IMG/VR virus record: IMGVR_UViG_3300022671_000005
Coordinates: 1-64,000 of that record
Source of the DNA: a virus
Lineage: Duplodnaviria > Caudoviricetes
DNA length: 64,000 nucleotides
Strand: one strand, 5' to 3'
Shown here: piece by piece, positions 27,383 through 37,333 of the stretch
Layout: every line of letters starts with the position of its first letter
Numbering within the stretch: position 1 is the first letter of the stretch
Translations under genes and position numbers: made by a program
Notes under the pieces: generated by a model
What the model was told of the DNA's origin: nothing
The model's input: only the letters and a program-made list of their open reading frames with translations
Database searches by the model: none

Positions 27383-28450
27383 ATGGAAAACTTTATTGCT
27401 GAATACTGTGAACTGAATTACGAATGTGATAAGGCTATTGCCGAGTATGAATCATTCGTAGAATTCAGTAACACCTTCGAAGGCGATGAGATTCCAGATG
27501 AGCTTTTAGATACTGCCAATGAAATCTACGGAGGAGACTTAGTCAAATCCGTAGGTTCCAATATTGGTAAATTTCTTAAGAAAATCTGGGAACTGATTGT
27601 TAAACTCTTTAGATGGGTCGAAGGTTTTATAAAAAGAATCATTATGATCGTTGGTCGCTCTAATAAAGATCTCAAAAAACTCATTGAGAAAATAAAATCT
27701 GATAGAGACAAATATAAAGAGTTGATCAAAACCTTGAAAAAATATACACCTACTCTAGATAGGTTTATTGAAACCAAAGATAATTTGATTGAGCTTATTA
27801 ATTATAATAAAGACTTGATCGAAGAACTTAAAGGTAGAACTTCCACTAGTAAGTTGACCAATATACTATCTGAACTCAGTTGTGAATTCAGATCAGTTCC
27901 TGTTCAAGTTGAATTTTCTGATCCAAATGACAACACGATGGAGTTGTTTGCAACAGAACTTTCAATAGTTAATCCCGCTACTCGCAAAGTCTTGCCTTTT
28001 GATCGTGAGACTTATCTGCAGATTATGGAACAACATTTGAAAGTTGGTGATTCGGAAGGTTGGACTGCCTTTGATCTAGAAGCAGCTATTGAGTCCGTCA
28101 TGGTTCTCAACAATGTTAATCTTGGTGCATATATGGGTTATTTGACAACTGCTTCTAAATTTACTACCAGTAAGTGGAAAGCTCAATCTGAAGAGTTAGC
28201 TGAGGCAGGTAAGAGTAATGAAGCTATGACATTGGCTAATACTGCTCGTGGTCTTACTAAGACAGTTGCAGATATTGTGAATGTTGAAATGACACTTGTT
28301 TTGTTGTTCAATTCTATTGTTAGACAGATGGGTGCTTATGTTGTTTCTGGTGGTGGAACTATTGATACGTCTAAGGTTAACTATGGTGTAACTAAGAGTC
28401 GTGTCGGTGGAAACCCATTGTTTGCATTGAAACTATTTTCAGCTATCTAA
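27383..28450 (+). CDS. putative internal head protein
   Basis: acidic propeptide, A-N-E site, then amphipathic FLKKIWELIVKLFRWV helix typical of jumbo-phage ejection proteins. Confidence 0.6.
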   Translation: MENFIAEYCELNYECDKAIAEYESFVEFSNTFEGDEIPDELLDTANEIYGGDLVKSVGSNIGKFLKKIWELIVKLFRWVEGFIKRIIMIVGRSNKDLKKLIEKIKSDRDKYKELIKTLKKYTPTLDRFIETKDNLIELINYNKDLIEELKGRTSTSKLTNILSELSCEFRSVPVQVEFSDPNDNTMELFATELSIVNPATRKVLPFDRETYLQIMEQHLKVGDSEGWTAFDLEAAIESVMVLNNVNLGAYMGYLTTASKFTTSKWKAQSEELAEAGKSNEAMTLANTARGLTKTVADIVNVEMTLVLLFNSIVRQMGAYVVSGGGTIDTSKVNYGVTKSRVGGNPLFALKLFSAI

Positions 28451-28510
28451 AGCAGATGTTGTCATATGCCTCCAATTGATGTTAGTGTGTAGTTCAATAA
28501 GTTTCGCATA

Positions 28511-28518
28511 TATATAAC
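28511..28518 (+). promoter_or_regulatory. putative early promoter variant TATATAAC
   Basis: same upstream TTCAAT context as the TATATTAC sites. Confidence 0.55.
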
Positions 28519-28584
28519 TTATATGAACCTAACGGATATAAATAACTTATATCCAAAATTAACACCAAAAAGGAGACATTCAAA

Positions 28585-28773
28585 ATGTCCAAAGAAGCAA
28601 CAAACGTCGAAGCCGAAGCCACCACCAAAGAACCCGGTCGCATTGCAAAACTCATGGAGAAACCCTGGGTTAAAACCACCGGTAAAGTTGCCAAGGAAAC
28701 ATCCAAGGTGCTCGGTGGAATTGCCATCGGTGTTGGTGGCACAATTGCTTACCTGAAGTTCTCAGGTGAGTAA
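28585..28773 (+). CDS. small membrane-anchored protein
   Basis: AAGGAG SD; C-terminal VLGGIAIGVGGTIAYL hydrophobic segment. Confidence 0.7.
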   Translation: MSKEATNVEAEATTKEPGRIAKLMEKPWVKTTGKVAKETSKVLGGIAIGVGGTIAYLKFSGE

Positions 28774-28847
28774 TGTGATACCAACAACTTTGATCATCTT
28801 AACTCGTGGATTTAAGATGATTATTACCTTGTGGTAAAAATGGCTTC

Positions 28848-28886
28848 TATAGAGGCAGTAGTATCTAGGATACTACTGCCTCTATA
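28848..28886. terminator. 18-bp stem hairpin
   Basis: tatagaggcagtagtatc-tag-gatactactgcctctata. Confidence 0.7.
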
Positions 28887-28949
28887 TGTTTCATATATAA
28901 ACTACACTCATCTTTTATTTTTTTAACAACCAGTATGGAATAAACCATT

Positions 28950-30464
28950 ATGTATAATTTCGATATCCTACTCACGAGTACATCTCAAAAAGATAATGAT
29001 TCTCTTGACACAGTAGATGTTGTATTTAACATTGAAGATATTCCTGTCGCTAGTGTTGAATCAGAATTTGCATCGGTAGCCCTATGTAATAAATTCTTTG
29101 AAGATCTCACTAAGTCAGCAGAAGTAATCAAAAATGTTAAGAAACATCTTCTTCAAAAAGGTTGTACACAAGAGTTAGTACAACTGATGAACCCACAACT
29201 TCTAGATCACGGTATTGTTTTAGAAGTTGGTCGTAAAGATGAAGCACTCTACTCAATGGAAGCTCTTAGTAATAATATTAATTTGAAGAGCATCAAAGAA
29301 ACTCTTATGAAGATCCTTGATGTTATCGTTAATATTATCCAGAAGTTCACAGATCAGAACAGGAGTGATACTAACAAACTTAAAGAACTTATCAACGGTA
29401 GTCTTTCAGACACATCCAAAGTTGATACTAGAAAGTTTGCTGCAATTATTGCATCTGTATATGAGTATGATGACTTTATGGACTTAACTAACGCAATCGG
29501 CAAGATTAACTTAGTTGATGAAATAAGTGATGGAAAGTCCATCTCTGATGGGATTTCTAAGACTCTTAAAGACATATTTACGACTGCCGGGTATAGGGTT
29601 ACTGATAGCTCTATAGAACGTGATCCTGAATTCACTATGCGTAAAGAAACTATGGCTAATTTAGGTTGGGAACCCTCCAAACTTAGAACAGCTGCAGAAG
29701 CTGCATTAGGTATGCTTGAGAAAGTTCGTAGAAGTCACAGAACGGCTATCAAAGAACTTAAGGGTATGATTAAATCTGATCTTAGTGAATCGGAGGCAGA
29801 TGAAGCTCAGAAAAAACTGTCTTATGCTTCTAAAGCTATTGCTACTATTGAAAGAATTAGTCTTGTTCTTTCTCGTCAGGTTATTATGCTCTCTGGTGCC
29901 CTTAAAGAAAAAGGCAATGTTAGCAATGAGAGTCTTGAAGAAGACACTAATAAAAAACCTTGCAAGAAAAAGAAACATGTGGCTGATTGTCCATGTATGG
30001 ATAAAGATGCTACTTCTTGTGAATGTGATTGTCCTCTTGTGGATGAAGACACTGATGATGTGTCTGAAGAAGCATACCAGAAATTACCTGACCCAACGGA
30101 ATTCAAAATTGCTTCCAACATGGCTTACAAAGGCGTAGTTCGTGTTCGTATGGATTATGGTGAGAAAGAAGTTGGTTGGAACTACAATAGATTGAAAGAA
30201 GCTTTAAAAGTTTTAGACAACTTTGAGAAGCTTCGTAAGCAGTTTGTTGACGGTTTAGATAATGAATGGGTTGAGGTGACTTGGTCATCTAATAAAAAGG
30301 CACTTCACAAAATGCCTATTCAGACATTAGTGGCTGGTAAGACATATAGTGGCCGAGATATTACTGAAATATGGTTTGCGCCTGAAGAAACACTCGGGTA
30401 TCATAGCTTCATGATTGCTATAGACAAGAAAGGTAAGATTGTCTATAATGAGTTCATGGGTTAA
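28950..30464 (+). CDS. putative internal head protein with multiple prohead-protease sites
   Basis: SVE, SME, SNE, SEE motifs; amphipathic helix after SME. Confidence 0.65.
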   Translation: MYNFDILLTSTSQKDNDSLDTVDVVFNIEDIPVASVESEFASVALCNKFFEDLTKSAEVIKNVKKHLLQKGCTQELVQLMNPQLLDHGIVLEVGRKDEALYSMEALSNNINLKSIKETLMKILDVIVNIIQKFTDQNRSDTNKLKELINGSLSDTSKVDTRKFAAIIASVYEYDDFMDLTNAIGKINLVDEISDGKSISDGISKTLKDIFTTAGYRVTDSSIERDPEFTMRKETMANLGWEPSKLRTAAEAALGMLEKVRRSHRTAIKELKGMIKSDLSESEADEAQKKLSYASKAIATIERISLVLSRQVIMLSGALKEKGNVSNESLEEDTNKKPCKKKKHVADCPCMDKDATSCECDCPLVDEDTDDVSEEAYQKLPDPTEFKIASNMAYKGVVRVRMDYGEKEVGWNYNRLKEALKVLDNFEKLRKQFVDGLDNEWVEVTWSSNKKALHKMPIQTLVAGKTYSGRDITEIWFAPEETLGYHSFMIAIDKKGKIVYNEFMG

Positions 30465-30467
30465 TCT

Positions 30468-32057
30468 ATGTTTATTGGAATACCTAAAAAACTAAGTGTT
30501 TCTACTGAGGCTATCTCATTTCAAGGAGCTAGTAAGTTTGCTATAGAGCTTACTAAGCTATTCCAGTCTGTTATGGATTACAGAGATAGTGTTCGTGGAA
30601 AAACAAAAAACATCAAATCAGATGTTTATAATTACCATATTAAAAATGTACCTGAGAAGTTCAAGAAGATAGTTAAGAAGTATACTGGTGTTGATATCAA
30701 AAATTTTGAAACATCACTTTCTCCATCTTTTGGTTATGCGTGCTTGATGTCTTTTGGTACCGATCTAGAAAAGGGAAATACTTTAGCTATGAATGCCATA
30801 GCTAAGTATAGTGGTAATCAAGAAGATGAACTCTATGGTTACGTTCCTGAGTCTGAAGAAGATATTGAAAAAGCACTGGAAAATGTATCCAGTACTATTG
30901 ATGTTGTAAAAGGTAAACTTAATAAATCTGAGTTTACTGGAATAGATAAGGTTGAAGGTATATGGGCTAATGTATATTTCTGTTATATTAGTGCATATCT
31001 AGCAAAAGATGTTCTTCATGAGAAATCACCTGAGTTCACAGCACAAGAGTTAGCTGCTATCATGTTACATGAAGTAGGACATCTTCTCTCTGCTGTTGAG
31101 CACGCGGCTGACCTTGTCAGAACACATCAATCTATTATGGATACGGTTAGTGTTGAAAAACTAGTCGATCCTGATGTTAAGAGCATAGCTAGAGCTGCTG
31201 CTAAAGGTGCATCTAAAACATCTTTTAAAGAAGATGTTCAGATGTTAGATAAGTTGGAACAATCTGCTTCTAACATTGAAGATGTTAAAAAAGAGAGTGG
31301 TATAATAGGAAAAGCATTTGCAGTTTTAGGATCTTTGATTAGTACTGCATTGATTTTAGTTTTATCATTTATTGGTATGATTTTCTGGAGAGCTTTTATG
31401 CTGATCTTTGGATCTGGCCTAGAACTTTCAGAAGTCATTTCAATGTATAAAAATAAACGCAGTGATTTTATGTCCAATTTTGGAGATAATTGTCTCTGTG
31501 AAAGATATGCTGATGAATATGTATCTAGACATGGATTTGCTAAACATCAGGTATTAGCACTTAGTAAGCTTGGTGATATGGTCACTTCTTACTATGCTAG
31601 TCTTGGTGGAATGTCAACAGGTGGAAGAGAATCTACTATCTGTTACATTATAGCACAGTTTAGATCATATCTTGTTATGAACATGTTCGGTGTTGGTGAA
31701 GACACTACTGGCGACTATGAAAATGAAGCCAGAAGAGCTTTATCAATGTTAAGAGATGTTGTAAAGGTATTTAAAGATGATGGTATGCCTCCTGATCTTG
31801 TAGACTTCTACATTAAGAACTATGAAGAAACTGAGGCTGCTATTAAGAAAACTGTTTCTAACAATGCCACATCTAAGTTTACTGCAATAAATATATTTTT
31901 AACCAAGACTATAAGTCTCACAGGTTTAATTAAACTACTTGTTGCAGGAAGAGCTGATAGTAATTATAAGAAACTTATGGATGCTACCCAAGAGATAGTG
32001 TCAACTAAGTTCCATTACTACAAAGCTAAGTTAGACCAGATCTATAGAAACATGTAA
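30468..32057 (+). CDS. virion protein with zinc-metallopeptidase (M48-like) motif
   Basis: ELAAIMLHEVGH, ERYADEYV.RHG; N-terminal STE processing site. Confidence 0.75.
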   Translation: MFIGIPKKLSVSTEAISFQGASKFAIELTKLFQSVMDYRDSVRGKTKNIKSDVYNYHIKNVPEKFKKIVKKYTGVDIKNFETSLSPSFGYACLMSFGTDLEKGNTLAMNAIAKYSGNQEDELYGYVPESEEDIEKALENVSSTIDVVKGKLNKSEFTGIDKVEGIWANVYFCYISAYLAKDVLHEKSPEFTAQELAAIMLHEVGHLLSAVEHAADLVRTHQSIMDTVSVEKLVDPDVKSIARAAAKGASKTSFKEDVQMLDKLEQSASNIEDVKKESGIIGKAFAVLGSLISTALILVLSFIGMIFWRAFMLIFGSGLELSEVISMYKNKRSDFMSNFGDNCLCERYADEYVSRHGFAKHQVLALSKLGDMVTSYYASLGGMSTGGRESTICYIIAQFRSYLVMNMFGVGEDTTGDYENEARRALSMLRDVVKVFKDDGMPPDLVDFYIKNYEETEAAIKKTVSNNATSKFTAINIFLTKTISLTGLIKLLVAGRADSNYKKLMDATQEIVSTKFHYYKAKLDQIYRNM

Positions 32058-32066
32058 TAGACTTAT

Positions 32067-32103
32067 CTATACACTACCATGCGTTATGCATGGTAGTGTA
32101 TAG
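32067..32103. terminator. 16-bp stem bidirectional hairpin
   Basis: ctatacactaccatgc-gttat-gcatggtagtgtatag between convergent genes. Confidence 0.75.
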
Positions 32104-32114
32104 GGTCTATTAAT

Positions 32115-32525
32115 TTAACTTATATATTTTGCTTTGAAACCAGCTTCTGCTAATGCATTGATAACATTAACAATATCTGTCTCTAAGACATCAAACACTT
32201 TAATGTTGATGGAATTAGTTATAGCAATAGGTGCAAGAGTAGCTTCATCTATCCACTCTACTGCAAAAGCAATTTTCCTAGCAGGATTACCATCATCTGC
32301 TGTGTTGATGATTATGTATTCTTGTTCAGCAGCTGGAGTTACACTTGGAGTATCCTTAAGAACTTCTGCATGATATTTGTCAACATCAGTAAAAGCTTTG
32401 GCTACATCATAGGTTACTACACCTGCTACAACACCAATCCAAACATTACTATCATACGTATTGATAGTACTGAATTGAATCTTGAGACCAGTTACAATCT
32501 CGTGTCCATTAAGAATTAAACTCAT
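32115..32525 (-). CDS. small beta-rich (SH3-like) phiKZ-family protein
   Basis: 136 aa, FAVEWIDEAT motif; ATGA-coupled to chaperonin. Confidence 0.55.
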   Translation of the reverse strand: MSLILNGHEIVTGLKIQFSTINTYDSNVWIGVVAGVVTYDVAKAFTDVDKYHAEVLKDTPSVTPAAEQEYIIINTADDGNPARKIAFAVEWIDEATLAPIAITNSINIKVFDVLETDIVNVINALAEAGFKAKYIS

Positions 32526-34282
32526 TTTGTATCACCTTCTTTTTCATCTATTATCACACCTCCTGGTATGATAACTCGATTAGTGAACATAAACTTAAGG
32601 GCTACCTCACCGAATCTTCTAATCAGACCCTTATCAACAGATATGGGTTGTAGAACAGTAGCTTCGCATTTTTCAGAATCTAAGCAATCTCTTAAACTTC
32701 TTATACATTTAATTGCCACATTGTAGACCATTGGTTTATTTTCATTTAACATACTTAAAACAACATCTGCTTCATTTTCTGGTATATACTTACAAGAACA
32801 TTCTGTTAGTTTTACAATACCATCTTTAAAAGCAGTAACTATAGATTTCTGAAGTTCACAATCTAAGCCTTCAAAAACCCTATCAAGGCATACCCTTAAG
32901 AGTTGATAACCACCCATAGAAGCGCCTTCCAGTAGGGTAGCTCTAGTAGCCTTCATAGTGTCCTGTACAACATCTAAAAGTGCTTGATTATCATACGCTG
33001 CACCACCTATAACTATACGACCTTGTTTCTGAAGAAGTATAGTATTATAGATGCGTCTAGCATCCTTAACCATAGTGTCTGTAGTATGTGTAACCGATGT
33101 ACTTTTCTTATACTCTTCGACAAACTCATCTATATCTTTAAGGTATTTGAAGACATTACTATCTTCATCATGGAAGTCTGGATGTAACATATCTTCAGTC
33201 TTTTCCAACACCTTAGATATGCTGAGTATACCAGCTTTAAATGATACATTGGCATGATTAAGAATAGCTAAGTCTTCAGCGTTTAAATTCTTAACACCAA
33301 AAGTTGTTAACATACCAACATGATCATTGATAGTTGGACTAAAAACATTGACATTAAAAATACCAATATTCTTATTACCTTTGATACCTATCAACTCTTC
33401 GATAGTTGTTCTAACTTTTACATCAGCACCATCTGGAGCTACTATAACAACCTTCTTACCATTGGCAATATAATCCTTAAGAGTCAATACTAATTTATTG
33501 AACTCTGCAGCATTTGATACCATCTGAGACAAGCAGAGTATTACATCAGTATCTTCCAGTTCAAATGCATCACCATGTGCTGTGTTGTAAAACCTATTGT
33601 CAAAGATATGTGCTTTGCAAGAGTAATCAGATTCATCAACTTTTACAGTAATATCTTTATCTGTCTCAAGACGCTCTCTTTCAAATACCACATAGTTCCA
33701 AGCTTCTTTAGGAGTTTCTGAGTATAACTCAGCAACACATTTGGATAACTCCTTATTGCCATGTGAGCTTGACATAGCCTGAGCTAATGCAACATTATAT
33801 ATTTCCTGTTGGGTAGATACAGTTACTTTAGACTCTTCTAGGATATCAAGCATCTTAGATGAAAATACGCTATATGCTTTAGTAAACTCACCATACGAAA
33901 TACGTTTGTCTTTAAGATAAGATTTAAGAGTTTTCATTATAGCCGCAACCATGATGAGACTAGAAGTCGTCCCGTCTCCTGACTCGCGCTCTATACGTTG
34001 ACTAATATAAGCCATAGTGTCTTTAACATGTTTTTCCATAGGGCTAATAAACTCTATGGCTCTAACTATATTCAAACCATCTTTTGTAAAAGTAGGTTGT
34101 GCCGTTGGATCCGATGGATTAGTTAATATAGCAAACTTACCATATGGACCGCAATAATCTGAGAGTATCTCCATTATTGTTCCAAATGTTGAAATCATAA
34201 TCTCATCGATTTTAACCTCATCGATGATATTGGTCATTCCAACAAAAGCATTAAGTACCTGCCTCCTATCTTCTTCAGACAT
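32522..34282 (-). CDS. groEL: phage GroEL/CCT-like chaperonin
   Basis: GPYGK, TKDG, GDGTTS ATP-binding motifs; 586 aa. Confidence 0.88.
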   Translation of the reverse strand: MSEEDRRQVLNAFVGMTNIIDEVKIDEIMISTFGTIMEILSDYCGPYGKFAILTNPSDPTAQPTFTKDGLNIVRAIEFISPMEKHVKDTMAYISQRIERESGDGTTSSLIMVAAIMKTLKSYLKDKRISYGEFTKAYSVFSSKMLDILEESKVTVSTQQEIYNVALAQAMSSSHGNKELSKCVAELYSETPKEAWNYVVFERERLETDKDITVKVDESDYSCKAHIFDNRFYNTAHGDAFELEDTDVILCLSQMVSNAAEFNKLVLTLKDYIANGKKVVIVAPDGADVKVRTTIEELIGIKGNKNIGIFNVNVFSPTINDHVGMLTTFGVKNLNAEDLAILNHANVSFKAGILSISKVLEKTEDMLHPDFHDEDSNVFKYLKDIDEFVEEYKKSTSVTHTTDTMVKDARRIYNTILLQKQGRIVIGGAAYDNQALLDVVQDTMKATRATLLEGASMGGYQLLRVCLDRVFEGLDCELQKSIVTAFKDGIVKLTECSCKYIPENEADVVLSMLNENKPMVYNVAIKCIRSLRDCLDSEKCEATVLQPISVDKGLIRRFGEVALKFMFTNRVIIPGGVIIDEKEGDTK

Positions 34283-34287
34283 TATTT

Positions 34288-34761
34288 TTATGTTCCCTTT
34301 TCTTGAGTTTTAAGATGTTTAACACGTTCGATTAATTCCTTCTCGTTCTCGATTCTCATTTGCGTAACCCTTCTTTCAAGATCTATAAAGGAATCAAAAT
34401 CCATTTTCATAAGATCTATTGGAGTTAATCCAAATATATCGTATAATCTTTTATCAGATCCCATAGGATCTTTGATAATAGTACTGGAGCACAGATCCAT
34501 GATCCTATCATAGTAGTGACCTGTTACTGGTTTCATATCAGGTCTGTGTGAGAAATAATTATAAGGTTCTTTACTATCAATATGTTCTCTATTGAAGTGG
34601 GTGTCATAGAGGATTTGTAAACCTAAGTTCTTTTCAAATCCTCTAGCACCTATAGCTTCTTTTTGATATTGAACATACTTATTGTAAAAATCTATGATAA
34701 GATCCGGATCATCAGTTACGCCATACCTATCTGCCCCAGCTTTAGATAAGTAAGGGATGTA
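34288..34761 (-). CDS. putative frameshift-accessed C-terminal extension of the tail/baseplate assembly chaperone
   Basis: frame open 34785-34288 with no ATG/GTG/TTG until 34536; overlaps upstream gene in the -1 frame. Confidence 0.6.
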   Translation of the reverse strand, partial: YIPYLSKAGADRYGVTDDPDLIIDFYNKYVQYQKEAIGARGFEKNLGLQILYDTHFNREHIDSKEPYNYFSHRPDMKPVTGHYYDRIMDLCSSTIIKDPMGSDKRLYDIFGLTPIDLMKMDFDSFIDLERRVTQMRIENEKELIERVKHLKTQEKGT

Positions 34762-36239
34762 AAAAGCGCTTGGGCATCCCAGGCTTTATACCCATTGATG
34801 TGATCAGTAGAACTCTTACCACATTTTTCACATGCAATAACAGCATATCCAACATGTGAGAGTTTAGTCCTCTTGATATAATTTGTAACTTCTTTCATAA
34901 TTATACCTTCATCCTCACTATCGTCGTTGAGTGCCAGTGCCGCATGAACACCTTTTACATCTCTACATGAGAATTCTACGCTCCCTTCATCATCAAGGTA
35001 TGACACTCTACTTATCCAAGGTGTGAAGTTCCTATTGTAGTTGAGCATTATTCTACGAGTAGTTTGAACACTACTTGCTGAATGATCCTCATTACCATTA
35101 ACAACTATCTCAGCCATTAGAGATTTTTGATATGATAATACTTCACCAATAGTTGGAACTTTGAGATCATATTTGATATGATTGTGTGAGAACGATGAAG
35201 ACATATCAAGAGTATCATTTCTATACTCTTTCAATTGTTCTGGTTTGACAGGTTCATCAGAAATGAGAAACTTAAGGGCATCTTCTGCCATTTCAGAAGT
35301 ATCAACTATTCTCATTCTGTTGATATCCATCAATTTGGATTTGGAAACATGTTGACAATCCTCATGACCACATACTAAATCAATTTTAATGCCATTCCTG
35401 TGCATCATCGAACAGACTGCCCAGTAGAGTGTATCTAGATCTTGAATAGATACATTGTCAATCAGAGTTTTCTTTTTATTCCAACCTATCAAATTTGAAT
35501 TAACAACTGCTGCATTGAGTAGGTCCATAAATTTAGCTTTGAGATGCATGTCGTGAATCATGAACATCAATCCACCAATTATTCTACCAAGCTCTTCCCC
35601 TTCCTGATCCACTTCAACATAGAAGTCGTCAAGCTCTGTTAATTCAAGGGGTCTTAAACAAACATAGAATCCAGAGTTATATAGGTATACCTTCTTAATA
35701 CCTTTAATTCTGGAAGTAAATGCCATTCTTGCGGCTTCTCCAGATAGCTCTGCATTGTAAGATTTCTTACCATGTGAAGTCTTGTCTTTATCCGATACTC
35801 TGAGTGCTGACGGATCCTTAGTTTCAGCCATTGCTTCTGAAGCAAACGCTGCTTGCATATTACTCGCTGGAGTATCATCTGTTTGAAGGAGTCTACTTAT
35901 GTAGTGATCTCTATCAGACAATATTTCTCTACGTTTCTTATGAGTAATTTTTTTATCACTAAGTACGTCACTAACCTGCTTTGCAGTTTCAACTGGATTA
36001 GTGTTGCATAGAGGTAAATGGTAATTTGCAGGTGTTGCTTTTTCAGAATCCATATTTGGACTCTCATTATTATTAACATCTTTATCAATAATTGGTTGTT
36101 CAATAGATTTAACCTGATCGGGTTCCTCAACAATTATTTCTGGAGAAGATTGTTTCTCTTCTTTCTCTTTTGCAATTTTTTCTTGCCACTCTTTTTCTGT
36201 TAACTCATTAGGTTCATTACTGTTCTGTTCTTCTGACAT
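34716..36239 (-). CDS. baseplate hub / tail assembly chaperone (T4 gp26/gp51-like)
   Basis: LRPL, DLDTLYWA, C...DC and CEKCG Zn ligands, LKVPTI motifs. Confidence 0.6.
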   Translation of the reverse strand: MSEEQNSNEPNELTEKEWQEKIAKEKEEKQSSPEIIVEEPDQVKSIEQPIIDKDVNNNESPNMDSEKATPANYHLPLCNTNPVETAKQVSDVLSDKKITHKKRREILSDRDHYISRLLQTDDTPASNMQAAFASEAMAETKDPSALRVSDKDKTSHGKKSYNAELSGEAARMAFTSRIKGIKKVYLYNSGFYVCLRPLELTELDDFYVEVDQEGEELGRIIGGLMFMIHDMHLKAKFMDLLNAAVVNSNLIGWNKKKTLIDNVSIQDLDTLYWAVCSMMHRNGIKIDLVCGHEDCQHVSKSKLMDINRMRIVDTSEMAEDALKFLISDEPVKPEQLKEYRNDTLDMSSSFSHNHIKYDLKVPTIGEVLSYQKSLMAEIVVNGNEDHSASSVQTTRRIMLNYNRNFTPWISRVSYLDDEGSVEFSCRDVKGVHAALALNDDSEDEGIIMKEVTNYIKRTKLSHVGYAVIACEKCGKSSTDHINGYKAWDAQALFTSLTYLKLGQIGMA

Positions 36240-36310
36240 TGCGTATACTCCTTTTAGGGTTTAAATTATAGTTAAGTATATGATTACCAGTACCATTAAA
36301 AATAAAAAAT

Positions 36311-36342
36311 ATACAGGTTGGTCCTGTTGGACCAACCTGTAT
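36311..36342. terminator. 14-bp stem hairpin
   Basis: atacaggttggtcc-tgtt-ggaccaacctgtat, T tract on minus strand. Confidence 0.7.
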
Positions 36343-36354
36343 CATATTCGAACA

Positions 36355-37212
36355 CTATGCAATCTTAGGAAACCAAAGACTGACGGGTTGTACAGATTCT
36401 ACTTTTATGAGGTCATCCTCATAAATAATCACCAACCCAACTGACTTTTTGTTGGGCGCAACACATATGTTTGTAGTACCACATTGTTTAGACTTCTTAA
36501 CATACTCTGATTTAGATATGGAAGTTAAACCTTCATAAATTGGTATCTTGAGTAAGTAATCACTGTTTATCTTGGGTAATTTACTGAAGTCTATTTCCAC
36601 ACGTGACAATCGAGTTCCAGTAGCCAAAACATTATTAACAGGTACAAACGAAACATTTTCATTACACAAAACATTCCTATGGAATACAGCATAATTGTTC
36701 TTTATGGCACCAATCAAATGGTCACTTACTTTTATAGCAACCAATTTATCTACAGGTGGTTTACCTTTAACTGTTTTTGTGATAAATACTTTTTTTTCAT
36801 CGTCACTATATTTAAAGGAATCCAGCAATCCTTTATTGACAGTGGTTGATAATTCAGAAATATTTATACATGATCTTCCAGTTAAACAGAACGGGAAAAT
36901 CCTCATTAAAGTAGTCACAAAGTCCTCGTTTTTAAATGCAACTTTATGAACAAAATCATCTACTGTAGGTTTATACATATAAACTGGAACCATAGGAGCC
37001 TCTTTCTTACCATTTTTCTTACCTATTGGCATCTTGTGTCCCATGGTAGAGAAATATACATTTAACGGATCTGTTGAATCGATCCATAAATATTTTTGTC
37101 TTCTAGCAAACAAGGAAGATAAAAATAATCTTAATACATCTAGGTCTTCTTTTTCCAATTTCATATTTACACCAGATTTAATATTTGAACTTTCATTACA
37201 TACAAAGTTCAC
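36355..37212 (-). CDS. hypothetical protein
   Basis: 285-aa ORF, start uncertain. Confidence 0.65.
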   Translation of the reverse strand: MNFVCNESSNIKSGVNMKLEKEDLDVLRLFLSSLFARRQKYLWIDSTDPLNVYFSTMGHKMPIGKKNGKKEAPMVPVYMYKPTVDDFVHKVAFKNEDFVTTLMRIFPFCLTGRSCINISELSTTVNKGLLDSFKYSDDEKKVFITKTVKGKPPVDKLVAIKVSDHLIGAIKNNYAVFHRNVLCNENVSFVPVNNVLATGTRLSRVEIDFSKLPKINSDYLLKIPIYEGLTSISKSEYVKKSKQCGTTNICVAPNKKSVGLVIIYEDDLIKVESVQPVSLWFPKIA

Positions 37213-37333
37213 ATGGTATTAAATTTAATTAGTGTCATATGGGAATAGACTAACCTATAAAATAGTAATTAAATTATTATAAACGTCTATCATCTTACGT
37301 AGTGTAAATCAAAAAAAATAAAAAAGGTCATTA

